Assembly: GCA_965644315.1 (NCBI GenBank)
Contig: CBFFRQ010000018.1
Location: 1 to 64,000 of the forward strand
Length of the DNA stretch: 64,000 nucleotides
Source: Caecitellus pseudoparvulus
Taxonomy: Eukaryota; Protista; Bigyra: Bicosoecida
Reading direction: 5' to 3'
Shown here piece after piece: positions 10,601 through 22,570 of this stretch (the stretch's first letter is position 1; each line of letters begins with the position of its first letter). Below the pieces are notes generated by a model. That model ran no database searches, had not been told where the DNA came from, and saw only the letters and a program-made list of their open reading frames with translations. The translations under genes and the position numbers were made by a program.

Positions 10601-12441
10601 GGGGAGATGAAGGCCACCAGGCGTCCGAAGGAGTACCACATCGGTGTGGGTGCTCGCTTCTTCGCCTGGCTGCACCCGATCCCTTCCTCTGTGAACCCAG
10701 TCTTCTGGGTCCACGAAGGCGATCAGGAGAGACGTGTGAAGGTGCACCTGTGGCAGACGCTTCAAGTGTTCAACGGGGATGACACCCCGACACTGTTCAG
10801 CGCCTGCCCCCTGTGCCACAGCGTCTCCTGGTGCAGCCTGCAGGAGCACGTCCTTCTTGACTGCCCCCACCACGCCCTGGTCCCTGCGAGAAGGTCCGCC
10901 CTGTCAGAGGTGCGGAACCTCCTGTCCAGATCCAATGATGCAGTGAGGGGGGTCGCCAACTGCCAGTACCTCGAAGTACCCCCCACTGCTGGATGCTGTT
11001 GTCCACGCCGACGAAGGCCGCTTGTTGGGCCGCCCGTGTCGCCTGCTGCTGCTGCGACTGCTGCTGTGCGGCCAGTGGCCCCATCGGTGGGGCCAGCCTC
11101 CGGCACAACAGCCCTGGAGTCCCGAGGCAGCCGCGGTCCTGAGTAACCCCCATGTCACTCTCCGCGGCTCCTCGGGTCCACTCCGCCCCCCCAAGTACTG
11201 GCGCGAGGCCCTGGTAGCTGCCACGGGCCTCGCGGTATCTGCGTGGGACGCGGTGGTGACGTGCATGCTCAGCCTTACCTCTCGTGCCGACCGTCACATC
11301 CAGAGGCACGCCCGGTACCTCTGGTGGGCGGCGCATGGACGAACGTGTCCTCTCCCAGGTTACTCGGCTCCTGATCCGAGTACTGTGAGGAAGCATGTGC
11401 GGGACGTGAAGACGCGGCGCTTCGAGCGCACTTACTTCCCTGTCAAGTCCCCTCGTCGGCCGCCTCGCTCCTTCACGAGGCAGGCCACCTTGCTCGACTT
11501 CGGGCTGGCACGGCCGGAAGTCCACGAGGAACCTCCGGCACCGTCGATTTCATCCTCGGCGTCGTCCTCTGGGTCGTCCTTGAAGTGTCCATCTGACTCT
11601 GAGTAGCGGGCGATGTGTGTAGAGCGCGGCGCGAGGCGGTGCAAGCTTACGGCGTGGCGTGGTGACAACCACGGTCGTGGCTGAGCGAAGTGCGAGAGCA
11701 GGGTGATGTGATGTCCTTGATGAATGACGGAACCTGCGGAAAGTTGGAAGATGATGAAGTGAATATGTCCAGTATACTTACATGATGGCTCGGGGTCCAC
11801 GTGCAGCCCGAGATAGATTCCTGTGACGGGGCGCGCGGAATTTGGCAGGGTGAACACGCGGGCGCGCGGGGCAACGTCGCAGGCGGGGCGCACAGGTCCT
11901 CAGGGCCTTGAGTGATGAGTCAGCTGGATTATCTGTGAAGAAAAGGAGGTGTTCTTGGTGTTCTTGGTGCGCGGGTGGCGTTGTTCCGGCGGTGCGCGCT
12001 GCTACCACCGGCGTGGTGCAGTGCAACACCGTCGTGAAACGCCACCCGAAGGCGGCCACTGCGGCTCAGGACAGCGCGCAGTGGCCCCAGGCACACGTGC
12101 AGTGCCTGGCAAGGGCCAGGAGAAGCGGGGGGTTTCTGAATTATGAAGCGAAGTGTGGACTGGAACGAAGCAAGAGTGGGCCCGGCCCCCTCTGGCTCAG
12201 CCGACTGAGCCGAGAGGGCGCGGGCGGGGCAGTTCGACACGTATGGGCGGGCGCGGGCGCGCCCTAGCAAGCGGCGGCTCATACAACGGACGTATGTCCG
12301 TGATGGCTGCAGACCCACGAGAGTGGGAGCCGCTGTAGCGCTCCTGGTGTGCCTTGTGCACAGCAGCGAACGCTACATGTGATGCCCAAGCTGTATCGCG
12401 TGCAAGCGTGAAGGCGACATGCAATGCATTGAATGAACTAA
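4691..12441 (+). mobile_element. Full-length telomeric non-LTR retrotransposon family B, copy 1
   Basis: 7751-bp unit repeated in tandem at 12442-20196. Carries APE, RT and CCHC motifs and a ~830-nt 3' UTR ending in CTAA. Confidence 0.96.
4902..11606 (+). CDS. B1 polyprotein (N-terminal region + APE endonuclease + RT + CCHC); four apparent frameshifts, all in C homopolymers
   Basis: APE motifs SWNVAG, LTE, AYVP, GDLN, LDHI, SDH. RT motifs QAGF, VDFKSAFD, GVPQGGALSPLLF, YADDL, YLG. Knuckle CPLC..EHVLLDC. Breaks at C-runs near 7291, 8063, 8988 and 10979 are absent from copy 2. Confidence 0.92.
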
Positions 12442-15400
12442 TGTCAACCTAATCATAGGTTGTGCATTGCTAACATTGCCTAATCCAGGCGCTCGTGCAC
12501 CCAAGTGTGGTGTTGCACAGTGTTTGGGTTGGCAGTGCAGCGCGCGGGTGGCAGCTGTGCGAATTCCGCACGCCATCACACCAGCGCAAGCAGTGTGCAC
12601 TCCCCGCGGGAGTCTGCACCTGTGGATACCTGCATCACGTTCCATCATCACCATGGAAGCCAAGACAAGTCAAGTACTGGGTGCGCTCTTCGTGGATAAG
12701 TGCATTGCTGCGCGAGCAATGCGTGGACCAAGAACGGGCGGATTTACTGACATGCCGCGCCGAGGCGCTGCACGAACGTTTGAGCTTGGCGGAGTGCCCA
12801 TCGACGAAGACCCTTCAACATCTTCATCAACAATCCGAGATTCCTGGCTTCAAGTCTTTGGTGAGGCGGCGGAGGCCCAGTTCCCTGGCATCTGTGCGGA
12901 AGTTGGGCGTGGTGCAGCGGCGTTGCGCCGCCCACAAGGAACCCCAGCTGCCCTGCTAGTCTCGCTTGGCGGAGGAAGTGCCAGCGCAGAGCTGGCACGG
13001 AGCATACGCGAAGCAGCAGCACGTGAGGACGACTTCACTGTGCGCCTTGGACGAGGTGGCTTCATGGCTGTGGTGTTTCCAGACACACGCCAGTTCGCCA
13101 ACGCCAAGGCCAAGGTGCAGGTGACTGCCTCGGCCCCAGTGCTCAAGGCGGCCCACCTCCTGATGCCCCAAGCCACGAAGATTGCTGTTGAGACAGGTGA
13201 CGTAAGCTCAGTCGTGAAGCTCGTCAAGTCCCATCTTCATGGCCACTCGCCGCCTGCTCGTCAAGACCGCCACTTCGTCCGACATTCCGTCCCCGTCAAG
13301 GGCGACGCCGCTGTCGACAAAGTGAACCGGCCTGCTCCACCCAAGCCTGCCCACACTGCTCATCATGTGCCAGGCAAGCGCAAGAAGGTACGCCGAGGAC
13401 AGCGCTCGAAGTCTTCGAAGCCATCCAATGTCGTGCCAGGACGAACGTTCGCTGACCTCTTCAAGACTCCCCCGTCCGAGCCCTCAGCAAGCCGACGCCC
13501 CTTCCGTACAGTGATGCCTGCCCCCACCACTTCACCGCGACCCACGACGGAGGTTGTCCTTCCATCCTCTCGGGTGCGCACTGGGGCTAGCACGCGATGG
13601 GACCAACCGCCAACTGCTGAGCAAGACTCAAAGCAACAACACCATGCCCAGTCAGCAGCCCAACCCGCTCAGGCACCCAGCACTGAAACGGCCAGGACTT
13701 TGTTTGTTGGTGCAGACAAGCCAAGTGTCAAGTCTGAACCGCAGGCATGCGACACGTTGGACATGCCAGACTCATCACCACCCTCCCCAGGAATCGTTGA
13801 AGTCGTTCGGATGGAAGACTGCAGCAGGCTCCCAGCGGATCTCCCAAGACACAGAATCCCAACTGGGTCCCCGCTGGAACGCCTCCTTGCATCAAGCACA
13901 GTAGCTGGCAACCTTTCCGAGCGCCACTGTGTGCAAGCATGTCTGGAAACTGCAGCGGGTGCTCAGGTGCTGGAGCCCGAGGATCTTCTCCTCCTCCAAC
14001 ACGCAGCCACAGTGGAAGCAGCGCAACGCGCATTCAAAACCCTGCGCAAGCGAGAGGCTGCAGCCCTGTCTGACTCGTCCAGCTCGGATGTCCAGTGCCT
14101 GGCGCCGACTAGAGGCGTGGCCTCTTCGGATCCCGAGGACCAGCTAGCAGCATTGGCCCGACTGCTGTACCGGTTCACTCCGGATGACTCGCTGCTGCAG
14201 CCCACGTCTCCCCCAGTGCTTCTGCCAGGTCTCCACATGCTGCTGAACCGTATCAATGTTGGGCATGAAGACCTGCATGGCGGGAACAAGCACCATGGCG
14301 GTGTGAGTCCACAAGCGGTTGTGGACGAGGACGAGCAAGAGCGGTACTTCCATGGCGTCCACTTCGCCTTTGCTCTCCACCGGCCCCAACAAGTCCACGC
14401 TGCCCACCTGACTCTCATACTGGCTGACCATGACCGTGGAGTCCTTGTCCTATGGAACCCAGACACACCTGATGCATGCACTGAGCTGCCCATGCACAAG
14501 TGTATGCAGAGACTCTACGATGACGCAGTGGACATGGTGTACAGAGTGTCGGCAACCCCCACACCGGGAACCCAGTCCCTCTTTGTGACAGGATCCGAGA
14601 CATATTCCACAGTCTGCGCCAGTCCTTCCCTCCCCTTCCCTTTGTGGACCACGAGGGGGCTGTCCACCTCAAGACGTTCATCGCGGGGAAGTCTACCAGG
14701 GTCACCATTCAAGCAGGCCGGCTCACTCGAGCACAGGCCTCTGCAGCAAGTGAGGCAAAGGAGCGCGACCCTCTGTTCCAACTCATTCCATCAGACGAGG
14801 ATGCCATGCCCCCGAGGTGGGAGCAGAGTCCGTACACACCAGTGGGAAAGTCCAGCAGCATCCCAGTGTCGCTCGTGTCATGGAATGTTGCTGGGTCGTG
14901 TGGCCGCAACCTGCACAAGGTTCTCATCTGCGCCCAGTCTGTGTGCCTCCGTTCATCCAGACTGGTCCTCTGCCTCACGGAACCTGGTGGCCACGGCACA
15001 CTTGACTCGGAAGTCATGGGGCTCCAATGTTTCAGGCCCTCCCCCCCAGATCGTCCACCCGGTCGCAGTGAAGTTGCGCTTCTGGTCGACCGTCGTCTAC
15101 GCGCCACGCAGATAGTCAACCTTGGACTCGATGGGCGCTGTGTGGTCGCCTGCTCCATCCCCATGAAGCCAAGGCCCCTTGCTGTTATCGCGGCCTACGT
15201 GCCCAACTGGCACACGGCCCAGCGGAAGAAGCCACTTGCAGACCCAGACACTAAGCTGCCCCACCGCCAAGAGGTCTGGGAGCAGCTGGCCAACGCTGTA
15301 AAAAGTCTGCGAACCACGCATATGATCTCCCTCATGGGGGACCTCAACTGCCATCCTGGTGATGGCGGACTTCCTGCTTGGGACGCAACATGCTGGCAGA

Positions 15401-18400
15401 ACCGGACCGATGTCGCTGACCCCATCCCAGATGTCAAGGAGCTCGCAATCGTGTGCGAGCATGGTAACCTCGAGCCAGCCGGGCTCGCCGGGTGCTCCAC
15501 CCATGCCACGAACGGCAGAGCCCTGGACCACATCCTTGTCTGCCCACTGCTCAAGGCCCAGGTCAAGGTGCCACACACAGTGACGACAACCTTCTCCAGT
15601 GCAGGCAAGCAGAATCCGGAGAAGTCGATCCTGAGTGACCACTACCTCCTGTCAGCAACAGTCCAAGTTGTGATCCCTCCACGGCCAAAGGGTGCCCGGC
15701 ATGCCCACTCTTCCTTCTCTGTGCCGCCATGGTGGGCATCATCTACACGTGAAGGGCGCAGGGCACAGACCTTGCACAGGCGGCTGCTTGACTCATCCAT
15801 CACTGGTGCCGCATCCCCCCCACCCGGCCAAGCTGCAGACACCCTGCTGTCAGGCCTGGATGATTTGGTTGCCGACGCTGCCCGACAAGCCCATGCCAAG
15901 TGCAAAGTTGTGGCACCCCCGCTGCTTCAGGCCCTTGCCGACATTCGCACCCTCAGCTCTGTCAAGAAGCGGATGACAGTGAGGACAGGGCGGATCAAGA
16001 AGCAACTCCGCAAGCTTCATCGACGCCGGCACCTTCTTCAGCATAGCCAGTCACCCCATGCCCCAGCTGACCTACGTTGTGCGGATGAACGAAAGCACAT
16101 GCTCATGGAGGACCTTGCTGCCACCCATGTTGAAAGGAAGAAGGCGATGCGCAAGTGTACTCGGCTGGTTGCCAAGAAACACAAGGCCGCCATGTTCCAA
16201 GTCCAGCAGCGCATCCGGGACCTTGCCCGGCTTGACCCCTTCACTGCTCACCTGCATGTGCGGAAGCTGTCCGGCAGAAGGAGGAAGGGCACTTCGTCGT
16301 CCATCCAGTCAGTCATGGACGACAGCGGCACCCTCATCACAGACCCATCACAAGTGCGGGCTGTGGTCAGGGACCAGATGGCCCAGATCATCAGCCCCCT
16401 CCACGGCAAGTCGTGTCCCTGAAGTTCGGACTGGGCCGGCTGCTCCCATCGGCCCCGACCCACATGTCGACTGAAGCCGCCTGGACCCCGAGCGTGGACC
16501 ATATCCTGAAGAAGATCCAGTCCCTGAGCCTCCACCGCAACCCTGGCACAGGGCACTACCAGGCTGAGCATGTCAAGTATGCCAGCGAGGACTTCCGGAA
16601 GAGGTACGCTGCCGCTCTTCAACAGGCCATCAGCACCGGTTCATGTCCAAGTCAGTACCACAGTGGGGTGGGGACACTCATCCCCAAGACCGCCAGCCAG
16701 GCCGGGAGGGTGCAGACATACAGGCTCATTGTCTGCCGTCCCCCCCAAGCCAAGCTCTTCTTCTCGGTCGTGGCCTCATGTGTCGAAGACTGGGTGCAGC
16801 ACTGGATCTCACATGAGCAGGCAGGCTTCACCCATGCCCGCAACACCCACGAGCAGATCCTGGCCTTGCAGGAGGTGTCCACTGCCCACCTGCGCGCCAA
16901 GCCCACTGCCAGTGTCCTTGTCCTTTTCGTGGACTTCAAGAGTGCCTTTGACACTGTCAGCCACGAAGCGATACTCGAGATCCTCGAGTCAGCAAGCCTC
17001 CCACAGCCCCTGCTCAGCTGCGTGAAGGACTACATGCAGCGCGCCACAGTGGCCATTCACACTGGCCATGGTCTTTGCGACCCCCTCCCAGTCACCAACG
17101 GGGTCCCCCAGGGTGGCGCACTGTCGCCTCTGTTGTTCAAGGTGGCTATTGATGTGCTCTCTCAACGCCTGAGAGAGCTGCCAAGTCAGGGAGTGTCAGG
17201 GGCAGGAGTGCCGACACCCCGCGGCCACGTCACGCATACGCTCTATGCGGACGATCTTGCTTGCCTCGCCACCACCCCTGCTGCCCTCCATCGGATGTTC
17301 CTTGAAGTCAAGGCCCTGGGCAGCCGGGTGGGCTTGGCCATCAACCCGCGCAAGTCCGGGGTCATGGTCCTCACCGGGGCGCAACAGGTCAATGGGGTGT
17401 CAGCCACGGAGCGGCGGAAGCTCATCTGGCGGTCCCGCTGGCTGAGGTCAGGGCAGTCCATGAAGGTCAAGGGGACACCCATCCAACGCACGAGCACCTA
17501 CTCGTACTTGGGTGTCCCCCTGTCTGAAACTGTCAGCCGAACCCGACTGCTTGCCACGAGGCAGGCCACTCTGTCCTGCACTCGGGCTGGGTTCGGCTGC
17601 GGTGCCCTCCTCAGTAGTGCGTGGCTGAGTCCGATCCTGAAGCAGCGGATCGGCACTGCCTCCATCAACAGTGCCGCCGACTACATCTTGGCGTCCCAGG
17701 TCAGCAACTCGGTGCTACCTTTGCGGGACGTCGATCGTGGACTTGCCATCGCCTTCAGCAAGGCCCAGCTGGGGATGCAAAGCTCGCTAGCACGTATGCA
17801 CAACTATGCAAAGCTTGCTGTGTGCGGCGTCTTGCCAACACACATCCGGGCGACGAAACTCCGCAGCATTATCTTCATGAAGCTGCTGAAGAATGTCCAA
17901 GTGCCCACCCCCATGGCCAAGGCGCTGTCCATCAGCCTGCGCCAAGCCCTGGACCTGCTGCCCTCCCCCCTGGACATGGCCAGCATCTTCCTGGCCAATG
18001 TCCGCCTCGACAGGCCAGGCGCTGGAGGCATCCCAGATCCATGGGCCTTACACGGTCTACTCGACCTCTGGCTCCTTGGATGCCTCCCTGACCGCGCACG
18101 CCTGGAGGCTGTGTGCCTGGAGCCGCCGCCTGACTCTGCCCCAGACACACACGGGGTCGACATCACCGCTGGGATGGACCCCGCCCCCCCCAAGATCCAG
18201 CTGCTTGGACTCGCGGCAGCGGAGTCCTCAGATCTGTCGGCTGCCCCCCAGTTCCCGGACACCACCCCCTGGGCCACTCGGCAACGCGTCGTCGCCTCCT
18301 TCCTTCATGTGGCCCAGACGGTCAAGTGCGGTGCAGTTGGCTACACTCCCACGGGGGAGATGAAGGCCACCAGGCGTCCGAAGGAGTACCACATCGGTGT

Positions 18401-20196
18401 GGGTGCTCGCTTCTTCGCCTGGCTGCACCCGATCCCTTCCTCTGTGAACCCAGTCTTCTGGGTCCACGAAGGCGATCAGGAGAGACGTGTGAAGGTGCAC
18501 CTGTGGCAGACGCTTCAAGTGTTCAACGGGGATGACACCCCGACACTGTTCAGCGCCTGCCCCCTGTGCCACAGCGTCTCCTGGTGCAGCCTGCAGGAGC
18601 ACGTCCTTCTTGACTGCCCCCACCACGCCCTGGTCCCTGCGAGAAGGTCCGCCCTGTCAGAGGTGCGGAACCTCCTGTCCAGATCCAATGATGCAGTGAG
18701 GGGGGTCGCCAACTGCCAGTACCTCGAAGTACCCCCCCCACTGCTGGATGCTGTTGTCCACGCCGACGAAGGCCGCTTGTTGGGCCGCCCGTGTCGCCTG
18801 CTGCTGCTGCGACTGCTGCTGTGCGGCCAGTGGCCCCATCGGTGGGGCCAGCCTCCGGCACAACAGCCCTGGAGTCCCGAGGCAGCCGCGGTCCTGAGTA
18901 ACCCCCATGTCACTCTCCGCGGCTCCTCGGGTCCACTCCGCCCCCCCAAGTACTGGCGCGAGGCCCTGGTAGCTGCCACGGGCCTCGCGGTATCTGCGTG
19001 GGACGCGGTGGTGACGTGCATGCTCAGCCTTACCTCTCGTGCCGACCGTCACATCCAGAGGCACGCCCGGTACCTCTGGTGGGCGGCGCATGGACGAACG
19101 TGTCCTCTCCCAGGTTACTCGGCTCCTGATCCGAGTACTGTGAGGAAGCATGTGCGGGACGTGAAGACGCGGCGCTTCGAGCGCACTTACTTCCCTGTCA
19201 AGTCCCCTCGTCGGCCGCCTCGCTCCTTCACGAGGCAGGCCACCTTGCTCGACTTCGGGCTGGCACGGCCGGAAGTCCACGAGGAACCTCCGGCACCGTC
19301 GATTTCATCCTCGGCGTCGTCCTCTGGGTCGTCCTTGAAGTGTCCATCTGACTCTGAGTAGCGGGCGATGTGTGTAGAGCGCGGCGCGAGGCGGTGCAAG
19401 CTTACGGCGTGGCGTGGTGACAACCACGGTCGTGGCTGAGCGAAGTGCGAGAGCAGGGTGATGTGATGTCCTTGATGAATGACGGAACCTGCGGAAAGTT
19501 GGAAGATGATGAAGTGAATATGTCCAGTATACTTACATGATGGCTCGGGGTCCACGTGCAGCCCGAGATAGATTCCTGTGACGGGGCGCGCGGAATTTGG
19601 CAGGGTGAACACGCGGGCGCGCGGGGCAACGTCGCAGGCGGGGCGCACAGGTCCTCAGGGCCTTGAGTGATGAGTCAGCTGGATTATCTGTGAAGAAAAG
19701 GAGGTGTTCTTGGTGTTCTTGGTGCGCGGGTGGCGTTGTTCCGGCGGTGCGCGCTGCTACCACCGGCGTGGTGCAGTGCAACACCGTCGTGAAACGCCAC
19801 CCGAAGGCGGCCACTGCGGCTCAGGACAGCGCGCAGTGGCCCCAGGCACACGTGCAGTGCCTGGCAAGGGCCAGGAGAAGCGGGGGGTTTCTGAATTATG
19901 AAGCGAAGTGTGGACTGGAACGAAGCAAGAGTGGGCCCGGCCCCCTCTGGCTCAGCCGACTGAGCCGAGAGGGCGCGGGCGGGGCAGTTCGACACGTATG
20001 GGCGGGCGCGGGCGCGCCCTAGCAAGCGGCGGCTCATACAACGGACGTATGTCCGTGATGGCTGCAGACCCACGAGAGTGGGAGCCGCTGTAGCGCTCCT
20101 GGTGTGCCTTGTGCACAGCAGCGAACGCTACATGTGATGCCCAAGCTGTATCGCGTGCAAGCGTGAAGGCGACATGCAATGCATTGAATGAACTAA
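12442..20196 (+). mobile_element. Full-length telomeric non-LTR retrotransposon family B, copy 2
   Basis: 7755-bp near-identical tandem copy; the differences I can see from copy 1 are C-run lengths. Confidence 0.96.
12653..19361 (+). CDS. B2 polyprotein (N-terminal region + APE + RT + CCHC); two apparent frameshifts in C homopolymers
   Basis: Track ORFs 12467-15115, 14644-16422 and 16413-19361. Breaks at C-runs near 14556 and 16395 are absent from copy 1. Confidence 0.92.
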
Positions 20197-20224
20197 CCCC
20201 CTAACCCTAACCTACCCTAACCCT
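20193..20224 (+). repeat. Interstitial degenerate telomere remnant
   Basis: CTAACCCCCTAACCCTAACCTACCCTAACCCT. Confidence 0.93.
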
Positions 20225-20726
20225 CTTGCGTGTCCATGAAGTGTGCGGCGCGCTCTGTGACGTGGGCAGTGGTGAATGCGCGGGTGCTGGTGTGCGCGGT
20301 CAAGTTCCGCACCACGCACCCGGCCGAATACCCGCGCAGAGCCGCAGCATACACCCCATGAAGGGCTCAGGGAGGCTCCCGAGAGCCACAGATAACGTGG
20401 GATGTGATTTTGGATTATGGTCTCTTGTCCAGAGTGCTCGGATGCCTGGGTGTGCTCTGGTGTGCCCCAGGTGTCTGGCGCTGGCGGAGCAAGGGATGAA
20501 GTGAAGCGGAGGAGGGCCAAGATGATGAATTGGAGCGGGCAGGGACCTGCCCTAGCAAGCGACGACATATATAACGGGCGCAAGCCTGTGTTTGTTGCGT
20601 ATCCGCGCCAAGCGGTAGCCGCTGTGGCGTCCTACATGTGCAGAGGTGCATTGTGGGGCGCCCGTGTGACGCTCCAGCTGTACAGTGTCAAGCGACGCTG
20701 AGGTGAAATGCATTGTGAATTGCTAA
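20225..20726 (+). mobile_element. 5'-truncated family C element (3' UTR fragment)
   Basis: Diverged match to ~22060-22570; ends AAATGCATTGTGAATTG-CTAA, followed by CCC. Confidence 0.88.
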
Positions 20727-20729
20727 CCC

Positions 20730-21003
20730 AAGCAGGAGTGGACCCGGCCCCCTCTGGCTCAGCCGACTGAGCCGAGAGGGCGCGGGCGGGGCAGTTCGAC
20801 ACGTATGGGCGGGCGCGGGCGCGCCCTAGCAAGCGGCGGCTCATACAACGGACGTATGTCCGTGATGGCTGCAGACCCACGAGAGTGGGAGCCGCTGTAG
20901 CGCTCCTGGTGTGCCTTGTGCACAGCAGCGAGCGCTACATGTGATGCCCAAGCTGTATCGCGTGCAAGCGTGAAGGCGACATGCAATGCATTAAATGAGC
21001 TAA
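20730..21003 (+). mobile_element. 5'-truncated family B element (last ~270 nt of the 3' UTR)
   Basis: Near-identical to ~12168-12441 with a few substitutions; ends in CTAA, followed by CCCTAAC. Confidence 0.92.
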
Positions 21004-21010
21004 CCCTAAC

Positions 21011-21745
21011 ATCCTGCTGCACTGCACCCACCACGAACTCACCCTAGCACGCCAACACACGATGGCCAAGTTCAAGGAACTGGCCAACAGGTCAGCTGTG
21101 CCCGAGTCCGTGGCGGGCCAGGCGGAGTGCCTGCCCATCCCCCCCAAGATCCGTGAAGCCCTTCTCCATGCTCCCGACCCAGAGCCGCGAAGACTGCGGG
21201 ACCTCGAGGTCCTCCACAGGCTCTTGCTCTGCGGGCAGTGGCCCCACCGGTGGGGGCTGGCCGACGACGAGCAGCCCGTCACCATGAGAGAGGCTGCCGT
21301 CCTCTCCTACCCCCACCTCGTCCACCGTGCTGGCCCCACCCGTGTCCGTGCCCCAACTGCATGGCGAGACATCCTGCGAGGCGCGGTCGAGTTCACAGCA
21401 AAGGCGTGGCGGGTGACAGTCACTTACATGATGCGTATGACTGATGCCCACCACCTTGCTGTCCAGAGGCATGCAGAGTACCTGTGGTGGGCAGTACATG
21501 GGCGCGGGGCGCCGCTGCCTGGCCGCACGCAGCCAGTGCGGTCAGCGGCCACGCGGCACACGCGCAGGCCACGCACTCGCCGCAGGGAACGCACCTTCTT
21601 CCCTGCCAAGGCGGGCCAAGTGCCGTCCACGGAGGGCAAGGTGCAGAGGACGCTGCAGCACTTCATGGGGCCACCACCAGCCCATCCAGACGCTGACGAT
21701 GACGGGGAGGGTCTCGGTAGTTCCTGTGAAGAGAGCGAAGAGTGA
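21011..21745 (+). pseudogene. C-terminal fragment of the family C polyprotein
   Basis: ILLHCTHH...RLLLCGQWPHRWG...EAAVLS.PH...QRHAEYLWWAVHGR...ERTFFP matches B VLLDCPHH...RLLLCGQWPHRWG...QRHARYLWWAAHGR...ERTYFP. Confidence 0.9.
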
Positions 21746-22570
21746 GGCGGAACGCAGGCGTACGTGCATGGCGTGGAACAGCCACGCTTGTGGCTGCGCC
21801 TACCCTCCACCCGCGTCCTGACGTGATGAACCTGTGTGAAGCGTGGTGATAACCACGGTAGCAAGAAACAGTCGACCAAGACCTTACCTTTTATCCCCTT
21901 TATAGCCTGCGAGTAGCGGTGGAGTGAGCGGGAGCGTGCCTCGGGCCGCGGTGCGTGTGCAGCCGCAGTGCTGCACGGCCACGGCCCGGCTGGCGGCTGA
22001 CGACGAAGCAAGCCCACTCACCGTGAAACCAGGGCGTGACGGGTTGCAGAAGAAGGTCTTCTTCCTTCCTGTGTGCCTCTTCATGCGCGCGGTGCGCTCT
22101 GTGGTGCGGGCGCATGTGTGCGCGCGGGTGCTGGTGTGCGCGGTCAATTTCCGCACCACGCACCCGGCCGAGTTCCCGCGCAGAGGCGGAGCACACACCT
22201 CATGGAAGGCGCAGAGAGGCCTATGAGGCCCACAGAGGAGGTGGGTGAGGAATTTGGATTATGATCTGTTGTCAAGACTGCGCGGATGCCTGGGTGTGCT
22301 CTGGTGAGCCCCAGGTGTCTGGCGCGAGAGGAGCAAGGGATGAAGTGAAGCGGAGGAGGGACAAGAAGATGAATTGGAGCGGGCAGGGACCTGCCCTAGC
22401 AAGCGGCGGCAGATAAAACGGGCGCAAGCCTGTGTTTGTTGCGAATCCGCGCCAAGCGGTAGCCGCTGTGGCGTCCTACATGTGCAGAGGTGCATTGTGG
22501 GGCGCCTGTGTGACGCTCAAGCTGTACAGTGTCAAGCGACGCTGAGGTGAAATGCATTGTGAATTGCTAA
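21011..22570 (+). mobile_element. 5'-truncated family C element (ORF C-terminus + 3' UTR)
   Basis: Begins directly after CTAACCCTAAC; encodes a homologue of the B C-terminus; ends AATGCATTGTGAATTG-CTAA. Confidence 0.9.

Noticed and set aside
7285-16400. Programmed ribosomal frameshifting or a separate ORF1/ORF2 in family B
   Set aside because: Break positions differ between the two copies, all fall in C-runs, and together they restore one frame.
18558-19361. Restriction-like endonuclease after the CCHC knuckle, as in Dualen or R2
   Set aside because: No PD-(D/E)xK motif conserved between B and C is visible; a profile search would be needed to exclude a degenerate one.
4691-21003. LTR or tyrosine-recombinase retrotransposon reading of the repeated ends
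   Set aside because: RT and APE motifs are LINE-type, with no integrase, tyrosine recombinase or aspartic protease motif seen. The repeated ends are explained by tandem and truncated copies.
21990-22040. Possible hammerhead ribozyme (CTGACGA...GAAAC) in the C 3' UTR
   Set aside because: Stem II does not close, and I did not find the motif in A or B.
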